A stretch of 64,000 bases of DNA from NCBI GenBank assembly GCA_016935355.1, contig JAFGRC010000018.1, positions 284-64,283 on the forward strand, written 5' to 3'. Made by a program: the position numbers and the translations under genes. Source of the stretch: Bacteroidales bacterium (GTDB taxonomy: Bacteria; Bacteroidota; Bacteroidia; Bacteroidales; UBA10428). The first letter of the stretch is position 1; every line of letters starts with the position of its first letter. The notes below the pieces were generated by a model that made no database searches, had not been told where the DNA came from, and saw only the letters and a program-made list of their open reading frames with translations. Positions 29,433 through 39,595 of the stretch are shown piece after piece.

Positions 29433-30383
29433 ATGGGAGAAGTAATCGTTGAACCAATAGAGAAATTCGGATTGGGTGAGAAAAGCCGTTCCAAAACGTT
29501 GTTTTCAAAAGTCGGAATAGTTGGTTGCGGAAATGTGGGTCAGAATATTGCCCTTATAATCAGTCAGAAAGAATTGGAAGTGGTTTTTATTGAATTGTCT
29601 GAAGAAAAGATAAAACGTGCATTTCTTGAAATTGAAAATGAGCTGGATAATATGATAGACCACTGGGGGATGACGCCGGGTGAGAAACGCGCCATACTGT
29701 CCAGAATCAGCGGCCATTTGGGTTATGAGCATCTCCGGGGTTGTGATCTGGTTATCGAAGTGATCCGTTCAAAAACACGTGAACAACGGATCAGTTCCCG
29801 TAAGGAAGTATTCAAGAATATTGAGAAATATGTTTCCCCGGATACGATCATCGCTACCAATGCTGCCACACTTGCCATTACTGAGCTGTCATCAGAACTT
29901 GAACATAAGGAAAGAAGCGTTAACCTTCATTTTCTGACGAATGCTCCCAATGCCAAAATGATTGAGGTCGCCAGAAGCATATATACAAGCGATGAAGTAT
30001 ATGACAGGGTATCCAAGTTTGTGAATATGATGGGAAAGGTTCTGGTACCTGTGCAGGAATCTCCTGGTCTGATCAGCATCCGTGTATTTACTACGATGGT
30101 GAATGAAGCCTGTGAGATTTTAATGGAAGGTGTCGCGACCAAGTCCGATGTTGATACCACAATGCGGATCGGGCTTGGGCTAACCATGGGTCCTTTTGAA
30201 CTTGCCGACAAGATCGGACTCGATAAGGTTGAAAGATGGATGGACAACCTGTATTATGAATTCGGCGATATTAAATACAAAGCGTCCCCTGTAATCAAAA
30301 GGCTTGTGCGCGCTCATCAATATGGCCACCTTACGCGAAAGGGTTTCTATGAATATGATGAATCCGGGAAAAAAATCGGATAG
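29433..30383 (+). CDS. 3-hydroxyacyl-CoA (3-hydroxybutyryl-CoA-like) dehydrogenase
   Basis: Rossmann motif VGIVGCGNVG. It has the NAD-binding and C-terminal dimerisation domain pattern of the HBD/FadB family (PMGPFELADKIGLD). Confidence 0.85.
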   Translation: MGEVIVEPIEKFGLGEKSRSKTLFSKVGIVGCGNVGQNIALIISQKELEVVFIELSEEKIKRAFLEIENELDNMIDHWGMTPGEKRAILSRISGHLGYEHLRGCDLVIEVIRSKTREQRISSRKEVFKNIEKYVSPDTIIATNAATLAITELSSELEHKERSVNLHFLTNAPNAKMIEVARSIYTSDEVYDRVSKFVNMMGKVLVPVQESPGLISIRVFTTMVNEACEILMEGVATKSDVDTTMRIGLGLTMGPFELADKIGLDKVERWMDNLYYEFGDIKYKASPVIKRLVRAHQYGHLTRKGFYEYDESGKKIG

Positions 30384-30427
30384 AAATTCTGATATGTTAT
30401 GAAATCAATAAAAAAAGTCAATTTATA

Positions 30428-31651
30428 ATGAAGGTATTAGTACTTAACTGCGGCAGTTCTTCCATAAAATTTCAGCTGTTTGACATGACGGATAAGAGTA
30501 TACTGACAAAAGGCATCGCTGAAAAAGTCGGCATGAAGGGCTCGTTCGTCAGACTCGATAAAGAAAACGGAGAAAAGGTAAGATTTGAAGGGGAAATACT
30601 GGATCACGAAACCGGAATTGAATACATACTCGGAATCATTACCAGTGAAAAGCACGGTTCTATTAAAGGCCTTGATGAAATAGATGCTGTGGGACACCGC
30701 GTGGTGAACGGAGGCGAAAAATTCAGCAAAAGTGTATTGATAACCGATGAAGTTCAGGCTGAAGTCGAGAAATACATTGATCTGGCTCCCCTGCATAATC
30801 CTGCAAATCTGAAAGGTATTTATGCCATCAGGAACCTTCTGCCGGGTTTGCCTCAGGTGGGTGTTTTTGATACGGCCTTTCATCAGACATTGCCTGATTA
30901 TGCCTTTATGTATGCAATACCTTATTCACTTTATAAGAAATATGGTATCCGAAGGTACGGTTTTCATGGCACCAGTCATTATTACGTCAGCAAACGGGCA
31001 TGTGAGATTCTAAATCTTGATATAAAAAGTCAGCGTATCATCACGGTTCATCTGGGTAACGGAGCTTCCATGGCAGCAGTTAAATATGGCGAATCTGTCG
31101 ATACAAGCATGGGCTTCACACCTGTTGAGGGCTTGATCATGGGCACGCGGTCGGGTGATCTTGACATCGGTGTGATCACATACATCATGCAAAAAGAGCA
31201 GATCGGCATTTCCCAGATTGGCACCCTGGTTAACAAACAAAGCGGTATACTCGGGATAACCGGTATTGCTTCAGACATGCGCGAAATTGAAGAAGCATCG
31301 ATAAAGGACAGGAATCCAAGAGCCATTCTTGGACTCGAAATGTACCATTACAGGATCAAGAAATACCTGGGCGCGTATGCCGCTGCCATGGGTGGGGTTG
31401 ATATGATCGTTTTTGCCGGGGGGATTGGAGAAAACGCTCCTTCCACAAGGAAAGCGATATGCACCAATCTGGAATTCATGGGTATTGAGATCGATCCTAA
31501 AAAGAATGACGGACTGAGGTCTGAAGAAGCTGTTATCAGTCGGGATAACGCCAAAGTCAGGATTCTGGTTGTCCCGACCAATGAAGAACTGGTGATTGCA
31601 GAAGATACTGCAAAAATTGTATCCGCATTAAAAGAATCCGGAACTTCATAA
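30428..31651 (+). CDS. ackA: Acetate kinase
   Basis: MKVLVLNCGSSSIKFQLF N-terminus, plus the GHRVVNGG, FHGTSH and HLGNGAS motifs. Confidence 0.93.
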   Translation: MKVLVLNCGSSSIKFQLFDMTDKSILTKGIAEKVGMKGSFVRLDKENGEKVRFEGEILDHETGIEYILGIITSEKHGSIKGLDEIDAVGHRVVNGGEKFSKSVLITDEVQAEVEKYIDLAPLHNPANLKGIYAIRNLLPGLPQVGVFDTAFHQTLPDYAFMYAIPYSLYKKYGIRRYGFHGTSHYYVSKRACEILNLDIKSQRIITVHLGNGASMAAVKYGESVDTSMGFTPVEGLIMGTRSGDLDIGVITYIMQKEQIGISQIGTLVNKQSGILGITGIASDMREIEEASIKDRNPRAILGLEMYHYRIKKYLGAYAAAMGGVDMIVFAGGIGENAPSTRKAICTNLEFMGIEIDPKKNDGLRSEEAVISRDNAKVRILVVPTNEELVIAEDTAKIVSALKESGTS

Positions 31652-32550
31652 TGCAGGTCAAAAAAATACAGGATCTGATCGGTCAGGCAAGTGGCAATGC
31701 TGTAAGAAGGCTGGCTGTTGCTGCGGCACAGGACCCTGACCTCATAGAAGCGCTCATCCGGGCCATGAAAGCAGGTTTTATAAGTCCCTTGCTTATCGGC
31801 AATAAAACCGAGATCATTAAGATTGCAGAATCTGCTGAATTGAATCTGTCACAGGTTGAGATCATACATGAACCTGACGCATTCAGAGCCTGTGAATTGT
31901 CCGTTAGACTGGTCAGGCAGGGGCATGCGGATCTTATTATGAAAGGTCATGTAAGCACCAGTATTTTTATAAAACACATACTCGATAAAGAAAACGGCCT
32001 TATGCAGGGCAATTTGCTGAGTCATGTTGCTTTCTTTGAAACGCAGTATTATCACAAGATGCTCGGGATAACGGATGCAGCATTGAACATATCGCCTGGT
32101 CTGGATGACAAGATTGAGATCATTAACAATGCGGTGTCAACATGCAAAAAACTGGGTATCATGAATCCCAAGATCGGTATTCTTGCCGCGGTTGAAGTCG
32201 TAAATGAAAAAATGGAGGCCACGGTGCATGCAGCCCGGCTGAAAAGTCTGAACCGGGAGGGCCGGCTTAAGGGATGCATTGTTGACGGACCGCTGGCGCT
32301 GGACAATGCAATATCGGCTGCTGCTGCAAAACACAAAGGTATTGTCTCAGACGTGGCAGGAGATGCAGATGTACTGGTTGCACCCGATATCAACAGCGGT
32401 AATATACTCTATAAATCCCTGAGTTTCCTTGGGGGTGCTTCAGTTGCAGCGGTGGTTGCCGGTGCCAGGGTGCCGGTGGTCCTGACCTCAAGATCGGATT
32501 CTGACAGCAACAAGTTTTATTCAATTGTGCTTGCCGCTGCATTATTGTAA
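31651..32550 (+). CDS. ptb: Phosphate butyryltransferase-like phosphotransacylase
   Basis: 299 aa PTA_PTB-family protein of Ptb length. Its ATG shares one nucleotide with the ackA stop (TAATG), and buk lies immediately downstream. Confidence 0.85.
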   Translation: MQVKKIQDLIGQASGNAVRRLAVAAAQDPDLIEALIRAMKAGFISPLLIGNKTEIIKIAESAELNLSQVEIIHEPDAFRACELSVRLVRQGHADLIMKGHVSTSIFIKHILDKENGLMQGNLLSHVAFFETQYYHKMLGITDAALNISPGLDDKIEIINNAVSTCKKLGIMNPKIGILAAVEVVNEKMEATVHAARLKSLNREGRLKGCIVDGPLALDNAISAAAAKHKGIVSDVAGDADVLVAPDINSGNILYKSLSFLGGASVAAVVAGARVPVVLTSRSDSDSNKFYSIVLAAALL

Positions 32551-32587
32551 TATTTGAGCCTGTTTTATAATTTAAATCAGTTTGGCC

Positions 32588-33715
32588 ATGAACCATAAAA
32601 TCCTTGCCATCAATCCGGGTTCGACTTCTACAAAGATTGCCGTATATCACAACGCAAAGCCGGCTTTCCTGAAAAGCATACCGCATAAACCTGAACAACT
32701 GGCCGGTTATAAGCAAATCAGTGAACAATATATATTCAGGAAAGATGTTATTCTTCAGGAACTCAAAGATTCTCACATCAATATTGAAATCATTGAAGCT
32801 GTGGTTGGCAGAGGAGGACTGATACACCCCATCGAATCAGGCGTATACAATATCAATGAAAGGATGCGGAAGGACCTGCTTGAAGGACTCATGGGAGAAC
32901 ATGCCAGCAATCTTGGAGGGCTTATTGCACATGATATTGCCAAAACACTGCCGAATTGCCGTGCCTTTATTGCCGACCCTGTCGTTGTTGATGAGTTGCA
33001 GGATGTTGCGCGCATTTCAGGACACCCTGATTTTCACCGCCTCTCCATATTTCATGCCCTGAACCAGAAGGCAACGGCAAGATCCTATGCCAGACTGACC
33101 AACCATAAATATGAAGACCTGAACCTTGTCATTGCACATATGGGTGGCGGTATTTCAGTCGGTGCACACAGAAAAGGCAAAGTGATTGACGTCAACCAGG
33201 CACTTGACGGAGAAGGACCCTTTTCACCGGAAAGGGCCGGTACATTACCTGCCGGGGCACTTATCAGAGTATGTTACGAAGGTAAACACACCTTTGACCA
33301 GATCAGAAAAAAGATAACGGGCGAAGGAGGATATGTGGCATATATGGGTACCAACAGTGCTTATGAAGTGGAGCTTATGGCTCAGGACGGTGATGAGAAG
33401 GCCCGGTTGATCCAGGATGCGATGTCCTATCAGATTGGCAAGGAGATCGCGGCCATGTGTTCAGCATTGCACGGTGAAGTTGATGCCATTATCCTGACAG
33501 GAGGAATATCCAACAATCCTATGGTTGTGGAATATGTGAAAAAAATGGTATCTTTTATTGCTCCGGTCGTCATTTATCCGGGGGAGGACGAAATGCATGC
33601 ACTGGCAATGAACGGTCTTATGGTACTGAAAGGACAGATCATTCCAAAGGAATACGATGAGACAACAATGGTAAATGTGAAATTACCCTGCTGGCAGGAC
33701 AATTCTCAATGCTGA
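32588..33715 (+). CDS. buk: Butyrate kinase
   Basis: MNHKILAINPGSTSTKIAVY N-terminus, an ASKHA fold pattern and the HMGGGISV motif. The ATG at 32588 is preferred over the TTG at 32582. Confidence 0.92.
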   Translation: MNHKILAINPGSTSTKIAVYHNAKPAFLKSIPHKPEQLAGYKQISEQYIFRKDVILQELKDSHINIEIIEAVVGRGGLIHPIESGVYNINERMRKDLLEGLMGEHASNLGGLIAHDIAKTLPNCRAFIADPVVVDELQDVARISGHPDFHRLSIFHALNQKATARSYARLTNHKYEDLNLVIAHMGGGISVGAHRKGKVIDVNQALDGEGPFSPERAGTLPAGALIRVCYEGKHTFDQIRKKITGEGGYVAYMGTNSAYEVELMAQDGDEKARLIQDAMSYQIGKEIAAMCSALHGEVDAIILTGGISNNPMVVEYVKKMVSFIAPVVIYPGEDEMHALAMNGLMVLKGQIIPKEYDETTMVNVKLPCWQDNSQC

Positions 33716-33778
33716 GCTGGAACAGATATTTTGCATTATAAAAAAAAATGACTATATTAACGGATAAACAAGCTGCAA

Positions 33779-35131
33779 ATGGGGGATAAAGTTCACAAAT
33801 ACAAGGCCTATACATTAAGAAATTTCTTGCAGATCAAACAATTAACCAAGCTTTCCAGGACGGAAAGCAGAGATATTGAGGTTGCCGGTAATATACTTCC
33901 TTTTCGTGTGAACAATTATGTTATCGATGAATTAATTGACTGGGATCATTACGATGATGATCCGATCTTCAATCTGACCTTTCCCAGAAAGGAAATGCTT
34001 ACACCTGAGCACTTCAGGATGATGGACTCAGCATTGAAAGACAAGAAAGATCCCGAACAGATAAAACTGACCAAACAGAAAATTTATAACCAGCTCAATC
34101 CGCATCCGGCCGGGCAGCTTGACCTGAACGTCCCGGAGATCAACGGGCAAAAATTACACGGCGTTCAGCACAAATACCGGGAAACTGTATTATTTTTCCC
34201 CAGTGCCGGACAGACCTGTCACAGTTATTGTACATTTTGTTTCAGATGGGCACAGTTTATTGGAATTGAGAAGCTGAAATTTGCAACACAAGATTCGGAA
34301 CTGCTTGCTGAGTACATTCAGAAACATAACAGCATTACCGACGTGTTGTTTACCGGTGGCGATCCTATGGTTATGAATTATAAGACTTTTGAAAAATACA
34401 TTGATCCGCTGATTAAAATATATAAGACCTGTGGACTTCAAACCATCAGAATCGGAACCAAGTCTCTCTCCTACTGGCCTTATAAATATACATCCGACGA
34501 ACAGGCAGATGATTTCATCCGGATTTTTGAAAAGATCGTAAAAACCGGTATCAATCTGGCCATAATGGCTCATTTTTCTCATCCCAGAGAGCTGGAAACA
34601 AATGCAGTGGATCAGGCCATCAGGAGGATCCGGTCAACGGGGGCACAAATCCGCACTCAATCTCCCATCCTCAGGCATATTAACGATAAACCCGAAATCT
34701 GGTCTGCAATGTGGAGAAAACAGGTAAATCTGAATTGTATCCCTTATTACATGTTCATTGCACGCGATACCGGGGCAAAACATTATTTTGAGCTTCCCCT
34801 GGTGAAAGCATGGGAAATTTACCGGCATGCCTATCAAAATGTAAGCGGTGTATGCAGAACGGTAAGAGGTCCCAGTATGTCATGCACTCCGGGGAAGGTG
34901 CAGATTCTCGGAGTATCGGAAACGGGACATGAAAAAGTGATGGTTTTGCGGTTTATTCAGGGCAGGAATCCCGACTGGGTTGCAAAACCGTTTTTTGCAC
35001 GTTACAATCCCGAAGCAACCTGGATGAGTGAGCTCAAGCCGGCGTATGGCGACAAATTCTTTTTCGAAGAAGAGCTGGAAAGTTTATACAAACACAAAAC
35101 AGTGGACAGCGAACTGTTTAATTTCGAATAA
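33779..35131 (+). CDS. KamA-family (lysine/amino-acid 2,3-aminomutase-like) radical SAM protein
   Basis: 450 aa. The radical SAM cluster motif is CHSYCTFCFRW. The surrounding sequence (HKYRETVLFF..., FTGGDP) is typical of the KamA family. The substrate cannot be assigned from sequence. Confidence 0.8.
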   Translation: MGDKVHKYKAYTLRNFLQIKQLTKLSRTESRDIEVAGNILPFRVNNYVIDELIDWDHYDDDPIFNLTFPRKEMLTPEHFRMMDSALKDKKDPEQIKLTKQKIYNQLNPHPAGQLDLNVPEINGQKLHGVQHKYRETVLFFPSAGQTCHSYCTFCFRWAQFIGIEKLKFATQDSELLAEYIQKHNSITDVLFTGGDPMVMNYKTFEKYIDPLIKIYKTCGLQTIRIGTKSLSYWPYKYTSDEQADDFIRIFEKIVKTGINLAIMAHFSHPRELETNAVDQAIRRIRSTGAQIRTQSPILRHINDKPEIWSAMWRKQVNLNCIPYYMFIARDTGAKHYFELPLVKAWEIYRHAYQNVSGVCRTVRGPSMSCTPGKVQILGVSETGHEKVMVLRFIQGRNPDWVAKPFFARYNPEATWMSELKPAYGDKFFFEEELESLYKHKTVDSELFNFE

Positions 35132-35187
35132 AAAAAACAATTGGTTCCAGGACCCTGCCCCGGGATTCATGCCCGTGACTGCTGCAT

Positions 35188-35901
35188 TCATGGTGTGGAT
35201 GATGATACCGGGATGATCTTTCCCCTGAAATACTGATGCCCGGTGAGCGCAAAATTTCCGATAAATTCGGCCATCCGGGCAGGTGAAAGACCATCCCTGA
35301 AACCAGGAAAGGCTTCCTCCACCATTTCTGTCTGCACAGATCCCAGAGCAAGACAATTGAATACTATGTCTGAACCTTTATATTCCTGGCTTAAACATTC
35401 CGTCAGGCACGCGAGTGATGCTTTGCTGGAGCTGTAAAAGGCAAGTCCCGCAAATTTTACGCTGCCCTGGTAACCTCCCATGCTCCCAATATTGATGATG
35501 TGGGAGATACCCTTTTTACCCAAAACGGGCATCAATTCTTTTATGAGCAATGCAGGAATCAGGAAATTCACCCGGTACATCCGTTCGATATCCTGCAGGT
35601 TTTGTTGTTCAAATGGCTTATTGACAAGAAAACCGGCATTGTTGATCAGTATATCTACATGCTGAATGTCAGCTGGCAGAACCTCCCAAATTTTTTCAGG
35701 CTTTGACAGCATCTGCTCCAGATCATAAACAACAGGGTATAATCTGTGGGCTATGCCTTTTCCCTTACAGACAGCAACAAGCTGGTCAAGCCCTTCCCGG
35801 TTCCGTGATAACGCATAAATGTCCAGATCCGTATGTTGAATAAAAAATTTTGCGGTTTCAAATCCGATACCTCGACTGGCACCAGTAATAAGAGCGATCA
35901 T
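35188..35901 (-). CDS. SDR-family short-chain oxidoreductase
   Basis: TGASRGIG cofactor motif, NNAG, and a YSSSK catalytic motif. Confidence 0.88.
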   Translation of the reverse strand: MIALITGASRGIGFETAKFFIQHTDLDIYALSRNREGLDQLVAVCKGKGIAHRLYPVVYDLEQMLSKPEKIWEVLPADIQHVDILINNAGFLVNKPFEQQNLQDIERMYRVNFLIPALLIKELMPVLGKKGISHIINIGSMGGYQGSVKFAGLAFYSSSKASLACLTECLSQEYKGSDIVFNCLALGSVQTEMVEEAFPGFRDGLSPARMAEFIGNFALTGHQYFRGKIIPVSSSTP

Positions 35902-35964
35902 ATGGAAATATGTTTACGAATTTGTATTTTTACACACTTGAAGTGATAAAGTTACTAAAGTAAT

Positions 35965-36558
35965 ATGATTTTAAGACGATCGCTCCTGGTATTTGCCATA
36001 TCCCTGTCCTCGGTGGTAGCGTCCGCCCAGGTCGAGGAACCGGTCAGAAGCAGTGGCAGCAAGGACAAGACTCCTATCTCACGGCGCCTGGTTTTCGGAG
36101 GTGATATTGGTCTGAGTTTCGGCACCATAACGTATATCAAACTGGCACCTTTGGTCGGGTACAGGATTACAGACCGTCTGACGGCAGGTCTGGGACCCAT
36201 TTACATTTTCGAGAAATACAAGAATTACGGCCTGCAAACATCCACATATGGCGGCAAAGCAATCCTTTCCTTTACGATCATCAGGGGAACAGGCGGATCA
36301 GGCTTTTTAGGGCTGGGAGATATTGTATTGCATGCAGAGAATGAACTGATCAATGTTGAACCTCTGTTTTTCAACCCGTCCACATACCATTACTTTTTCG
36401 GTGACAGACTCTGGATCGACAATCTGCTTGTAGGCGGGGGTCTCAGCCAGTCACTCGGAGGCAGTTTCGGAATCTCCATGTTCATCCTGTGGGACGTAAC
36501 ACAGAATCCTTATTCACCTTACAGCAATCCGGTCATAAAATTCGGCTTTTACTTTTAG
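35965..36558 (+). CDS. Hypothetical secreted / outer-membrane beta-barrel-like protein
   Basis: Signal peptide (LLVFAISLSSVVASAQ). The sequence has alternating hydrophobic Gly/aromatic-rich strands and a C-terminal aromatic residue (FGFYF). Confidence 0.5.
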   Translation: MILRRSLLVFAISLSSVVASAQVEEPVRSSGSKDKTPISRRLVFGGDIGLSFGTITYIKLAPLVGYRITDRLTAGLGPIYIFEKYKNYGLQTSTYGGKAILSFTIIRGTGGSGFLGLGDIVLHAENELINVEPLFFNPSTYHYFFGDRLWIDNLLVGGGLSQSLGGSFGISMFILWDVTQNPYSPYSNPVIKFGFYF

Positions 36559-36617
36559 TCGCAGCAACCCCGCCAGGATGACAGGAGTAATTGATCCCAA
36601 TGATCGGTGTGTTTATA

Positions 36618-37694
36618 TTATCTGATGGAAACTCCAAATCCTCCGGTTAATATACTGTAATTGGCCCAACTGTAATCAACGTGCAGGGTAATGACCGCAA
36701 ACTTAAACCGGACACCGGCATTTAATCTTGGCTTGGTGAAGCCTCCATCCCTGTAAGTGATTTCCATATTGATCGGATCACCAACAGCCTTCACGCTGGG
36801 GATAACATCATCCAGATAAACGGTTGGAAAATCACCTTCAAGTTTCAGATTGGTTTTGGTCGTCACAAATCCCAAACCGCCGTAAAAACAGACAACCGGC
36901 AAATTCGCCGATACAATCAGATTGGCAGTATGACTTTGTGTCACAAGCCTGAACCACTGATCATCCCAGTCACTGCTATTGGCTCCCGGCAAAGTTTCAG
37001 CCCCGATATCTTCAGGCTCAACCTCGAGCTGCAAGTAGGTATGCAATTTGGTGTATCCGTATAGGACCGAAATGTTGAGGACCGGTAAATTCTTTAATCC
37101 CGGTATCCATTGTTTGATATCGTGTTTTCCGCCCAGTCCCCACAATCCGATTTCATTCTCTTCGATTTTAATATTTGGAAGGAATCTGACCATCAGCTCA
37201 GTCCCCCTGATCAGACCTATACCGGCCTGTACCATAGGAGCCGGTATATAGTTCGTATTCAAACCCTGTGGCATGTTAAAAGCCGGTTCGGAATAACCTT
37301 CGATATTGTAATTGATCTGTGGCCCCGCTTCTGTTGATCCTGCTATCGTCGGCGTATTGTTACTGGCAGGATCATTGAGTTGCAGGAAAGTCAGTGCATC
37401 GCCATCTATGTCAAAGGTTTCATATTTTTTTGGAACGATGCCTGTATTTAATGTAATTGTAATATCAAAACCTCCAAGCTGATGCGGCTTGGCAGTATTG
37501 TACCATCCGCTTCCAAGTCCCGCTCCGAAAGCATCAACGGCAGGGGCAATATAGGGCTGCAACAACAGCCTGCCATCATCTGCACCGGCTGCAATAATTT
37601 CACCGATATCATTTACCTGTGCCCTGCATGTATGATCCATGGAAAACACAATCAGGAAAAAAGCTGCGATTAACGATGTCTGAATCTTCTTCAT
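36618..37694 (-). CDS. Hypothetical outer-membrane beta-barrel-like protein
   Basis: The start is chosen at MKKIQTSLIAAFFLIVFSM (ATG at 37694), which gives a signal peptide. The sequence is beta-strand-rich. The longer ORF to 37823 adds an unlikely leader. Confidence 0.5.
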   Translation of the reverse strand: MKKIQTSLIAAFFLIVFSMDHTCRAQVNDIGEIIAAGADDGRLLLQPYIAPAVDAFGAGLGSGWYNTAKPHQLGGFDITITLNTGIVPKKYETFDIDGDALTFLQLNDPASNNTPTIAGSTEAGPQINYNIEGYSEPAFNMPQGLNTNYIPAPMVQAGIGLIRGTELMVRFLPNIKIEENEIGLWGLGGKHDIKQWIPGLKNLPVLNISVLYGYTKLHTYLQLEVEPEDIGAETLPGANSSDWDDQWFRLVTQSHTANLIVSANLPVVCFYGGLGFVTTKTNLKLEGDFPTVYLDDVIPSVKAVGDPINMEITYRDGGFTKPRLNAGVRFKFAVITLHVDYSWANYSILTGGFGVSIR

Positions 37695-37889
37695 ATCTGT
37701 TGATTTTTTATTATTGAAATTGAACATCATTAAAAATGAATTTTTATAATGACAAATGACCTTTATTAATACGGATTTTTGCACATATTGTTCCACATCC
37801 GTGACAAAATATGACCTTGCCATGCGTGTCCGTGTAGCAAAAACCTTAATTTTACGGTGAATTTATTTTCACGGTAAAGAATTAGATAC

Positions 37890-37897
37890 TATATTTG
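37890..37897 (+). promoter_or_regulatory. Candidate -7 promoter element TATATTTG upstream of tRNA-Lys
   Basis: Exact TAnnTTTG match about 70 nt upstream of the mature tRNA 5' end. Confidence 0.3.
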
Positions 37898-37966
37898 CAG
37901 CTCTTTAAAAAAAGCTGTTTCACAATATTTTCAGGGTTGGAAAACAACGGGAAACAACGCGTTTCA

Positions 37967-38042
37967 GATCCAGTAGCTCAGCAGGTAGAGCACATCCCTT
38001 TTAAGGATGGGGTCCAGGGTTCGAATCCCTGCTGGATCACCA
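37967..38042 (+). tRNA. tRNA-Lys (anticodon UUU), CCA encoded
   Basis: Hand-folded cloverleaf. The acceptor stem is GATCCAG/CTGGATC, the D arm GCTC-AGCAGGTA-GAGC, and the anticodon arm CATCC-CTTTTAA-GGATG (anticodon TTT). The variable loop is GGGTC and the T arm CAGGG-TTCGAAT-CCCTG. The discriminator is A, followed by CCA. Confidence 0.93.
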
Positions 38043-38048
38043 ATGATT

Positions 38049-38078
38049 AAGGCAGCTAATGGCTGCCTTTCTTATTTT
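38049..38078 (+). terminator. Rho-independent terminator after tRNA-Lys
   Basis: An 8-bp stem (aaggcagc at 38049-38056 pairing with gctgcctt at 38062-38069) followed by a T-rich tract (tcttatttt). Confidence 0.7.
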
Positions 38079-38239
38079 AAAAAATATCTGTTCCTTCGAC
38101 AATTGCAGTATATTTACAGATGAATTTTGACAGACTTGTGGAAATAGGAAGAAACAGATTGAATAAATTAATGACCAAAAGTATCAGGTAACATTGGTCC
38201 AATATCAATCCGCCTGGGCACAGCAAAAATAAAGCGAAA

Positions 38240-39400
38240 ATGGCAAACAGTTCCATAACAGTTTTAGAAGGAGTACTAATTGGTTTGATAGGATTATATT
38301 TTGTTCGCATCATAATCACTTACGTTATTAGTCAGTATTACTTTGCTCAAAATCTCTGTCCGGATTCTTCCGGGTATTATACCCCTAAAATATCTGTTAT
38401 TAAATCGATCTGGGGTTTGGATGACTACGCACTGGATAATTTCCGGAGCTTTTGCGAACAGGATTATCCGAACGATTACGAAATTGTTTTCTGTGTCGAA
38501 AATCGGACCGATCCTGCAATTCCTTTGATCAGTAAAGTCATCAGCGAATATCCTGAACGTGATATTCGTTTGATTTTCAGTGATCCTGAGGACAGAAGGA
38601 GGTTCGGTAAAATCAAGAACATGATTGCAGGGCTCATGGAAAGCAAGTATGAAGTGATTATGTTCAGTGATTCTGATGTTCATGCCCCGAAGACATTTAT
38701 CCGGAAATCTGTGAGATGTTTTAATAATCCGAAAACAGGACTCGCTTTTAATCCACCCCTGGCAGAAGGTGCAGAGGACTGGACAGCTGCCATGTTAAAT
38801 ATGGCAGTCAATGAAAATACGATCAACCTGGCACTTTTGTATTTCTTTATTAAGGGATTTGGAGCTGTTGGAACGACCATGACAATACGAAAAAAAGTGA
38901 TTGACGAAATCGGAGGGCTTGATCAATTCGGCCGTCAGGTAACGGATGATATTCCCCTGGCCCGGGCAATTTATAAAAAAGGTTATGGAATTCATTTGCT
39001 TAAAGAACCTGCACGGATATACCATCCTCACGATAATTTTGGAGAGTGGTGGCAGCATATGGTCCGCTGGATGGTGATGATACGCCGTTATAAACCCTGT
39101 ATTGTTTATTTAGCATTCCTGACAGATTTACCATTTCTTCTCAGTATATTGTATTTAAGTATTTCGGAAAATACCCTTTTTGGTCTTTGTCTGGTATGCG
39201 GAGTCTTGTTCTTCCGGCTTGGATTTTCTTCACTGATTAATCTGACATTTGTCCGTGATAAAAAATTCCTGAAATTCATCTGGGCGGTTCCTGTCATGGA
39301 CTTGCTTAAGCTGCCTTTATTCATTCATGCCTGTTTCACCAATAATATTGTATGGAGGGGAAGGAAGATGCGCGTTAACCGTGACGGATCCGTTTCATGA
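38240..39400 (+). CDS. Family-2/21-like membrane glycosyltransferase (ceramide glucosyltransferase-like architecture)
   Basis: N-terminal TM segment, a DSD motif (IMFSDSDV), a DD motif (QVTDDIPLA), a Q/RxxRW-like motif (QHMVRW) and C-terminal TM segments. Confidence 0.8.
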   Translation: MANSSITVLEGVLIGLIGLYFVRIIITYVISQYYFAQNLCPDSSGYYTPKISVIKSIWGLDDYALDNFRSFCEQDYPNDYEIVFCVENRTDPAIPLISKVISEYPERDIRLIFSDPEDRRRFGKIKNMIAGLMESKYEVIMFSDSDVHAPKTFIRKSVRCFNNPKTGLAFNPPLAEGAEDWTAAMLNMAVNENTINLALLYFFIKGFGAVGTTMTIRKKVIDEIGGLDQFGRQVTDDIPLARAIYKKGYGIHLLKEPARIYHPHDNFGEWWQHMVRWMVMIRRYKPCIVYLAFLTDLPFLLSILYLSISENTLFGLCLVCGVLFFRLGFSSLINLTFVRDKKFLKFIWAVPVMDLLKLPLFIHACFTNNIVWRGRKMRVNRDGSVS

Positions 39401-39595
39401 ACTTTAAAGAATAAATTCCGGGCAATACCATGATGCAAAAGTGAGGCTCAGTATCCACCGAAATGGATCAGCAGTAAAATAAACTGTAAGCCATACACTT
39501 ACTGAAAATAATAAAGACAGTTTATTGGGCGTAACGATAAAATATATACGCTGAAAAACACAGACCTGATGGAAAGGTAAGGAAGGATTTGCTGA

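Noticed and set aside
37824-38240. Possible integration hotspot or genomic island at tRNA-Lys. I also noted a near-repeat TTACGGTGAA / TTCACGGTAA at 37852-37877.
   Set aside because: No integrase, transposase or phage gene flanks the tRNA. I could not find a duplicated copy of the tRNA 3' end by eye. The flanking genes look like ordinary chromosomal genes. The short repeat is imperfect and could be chance.
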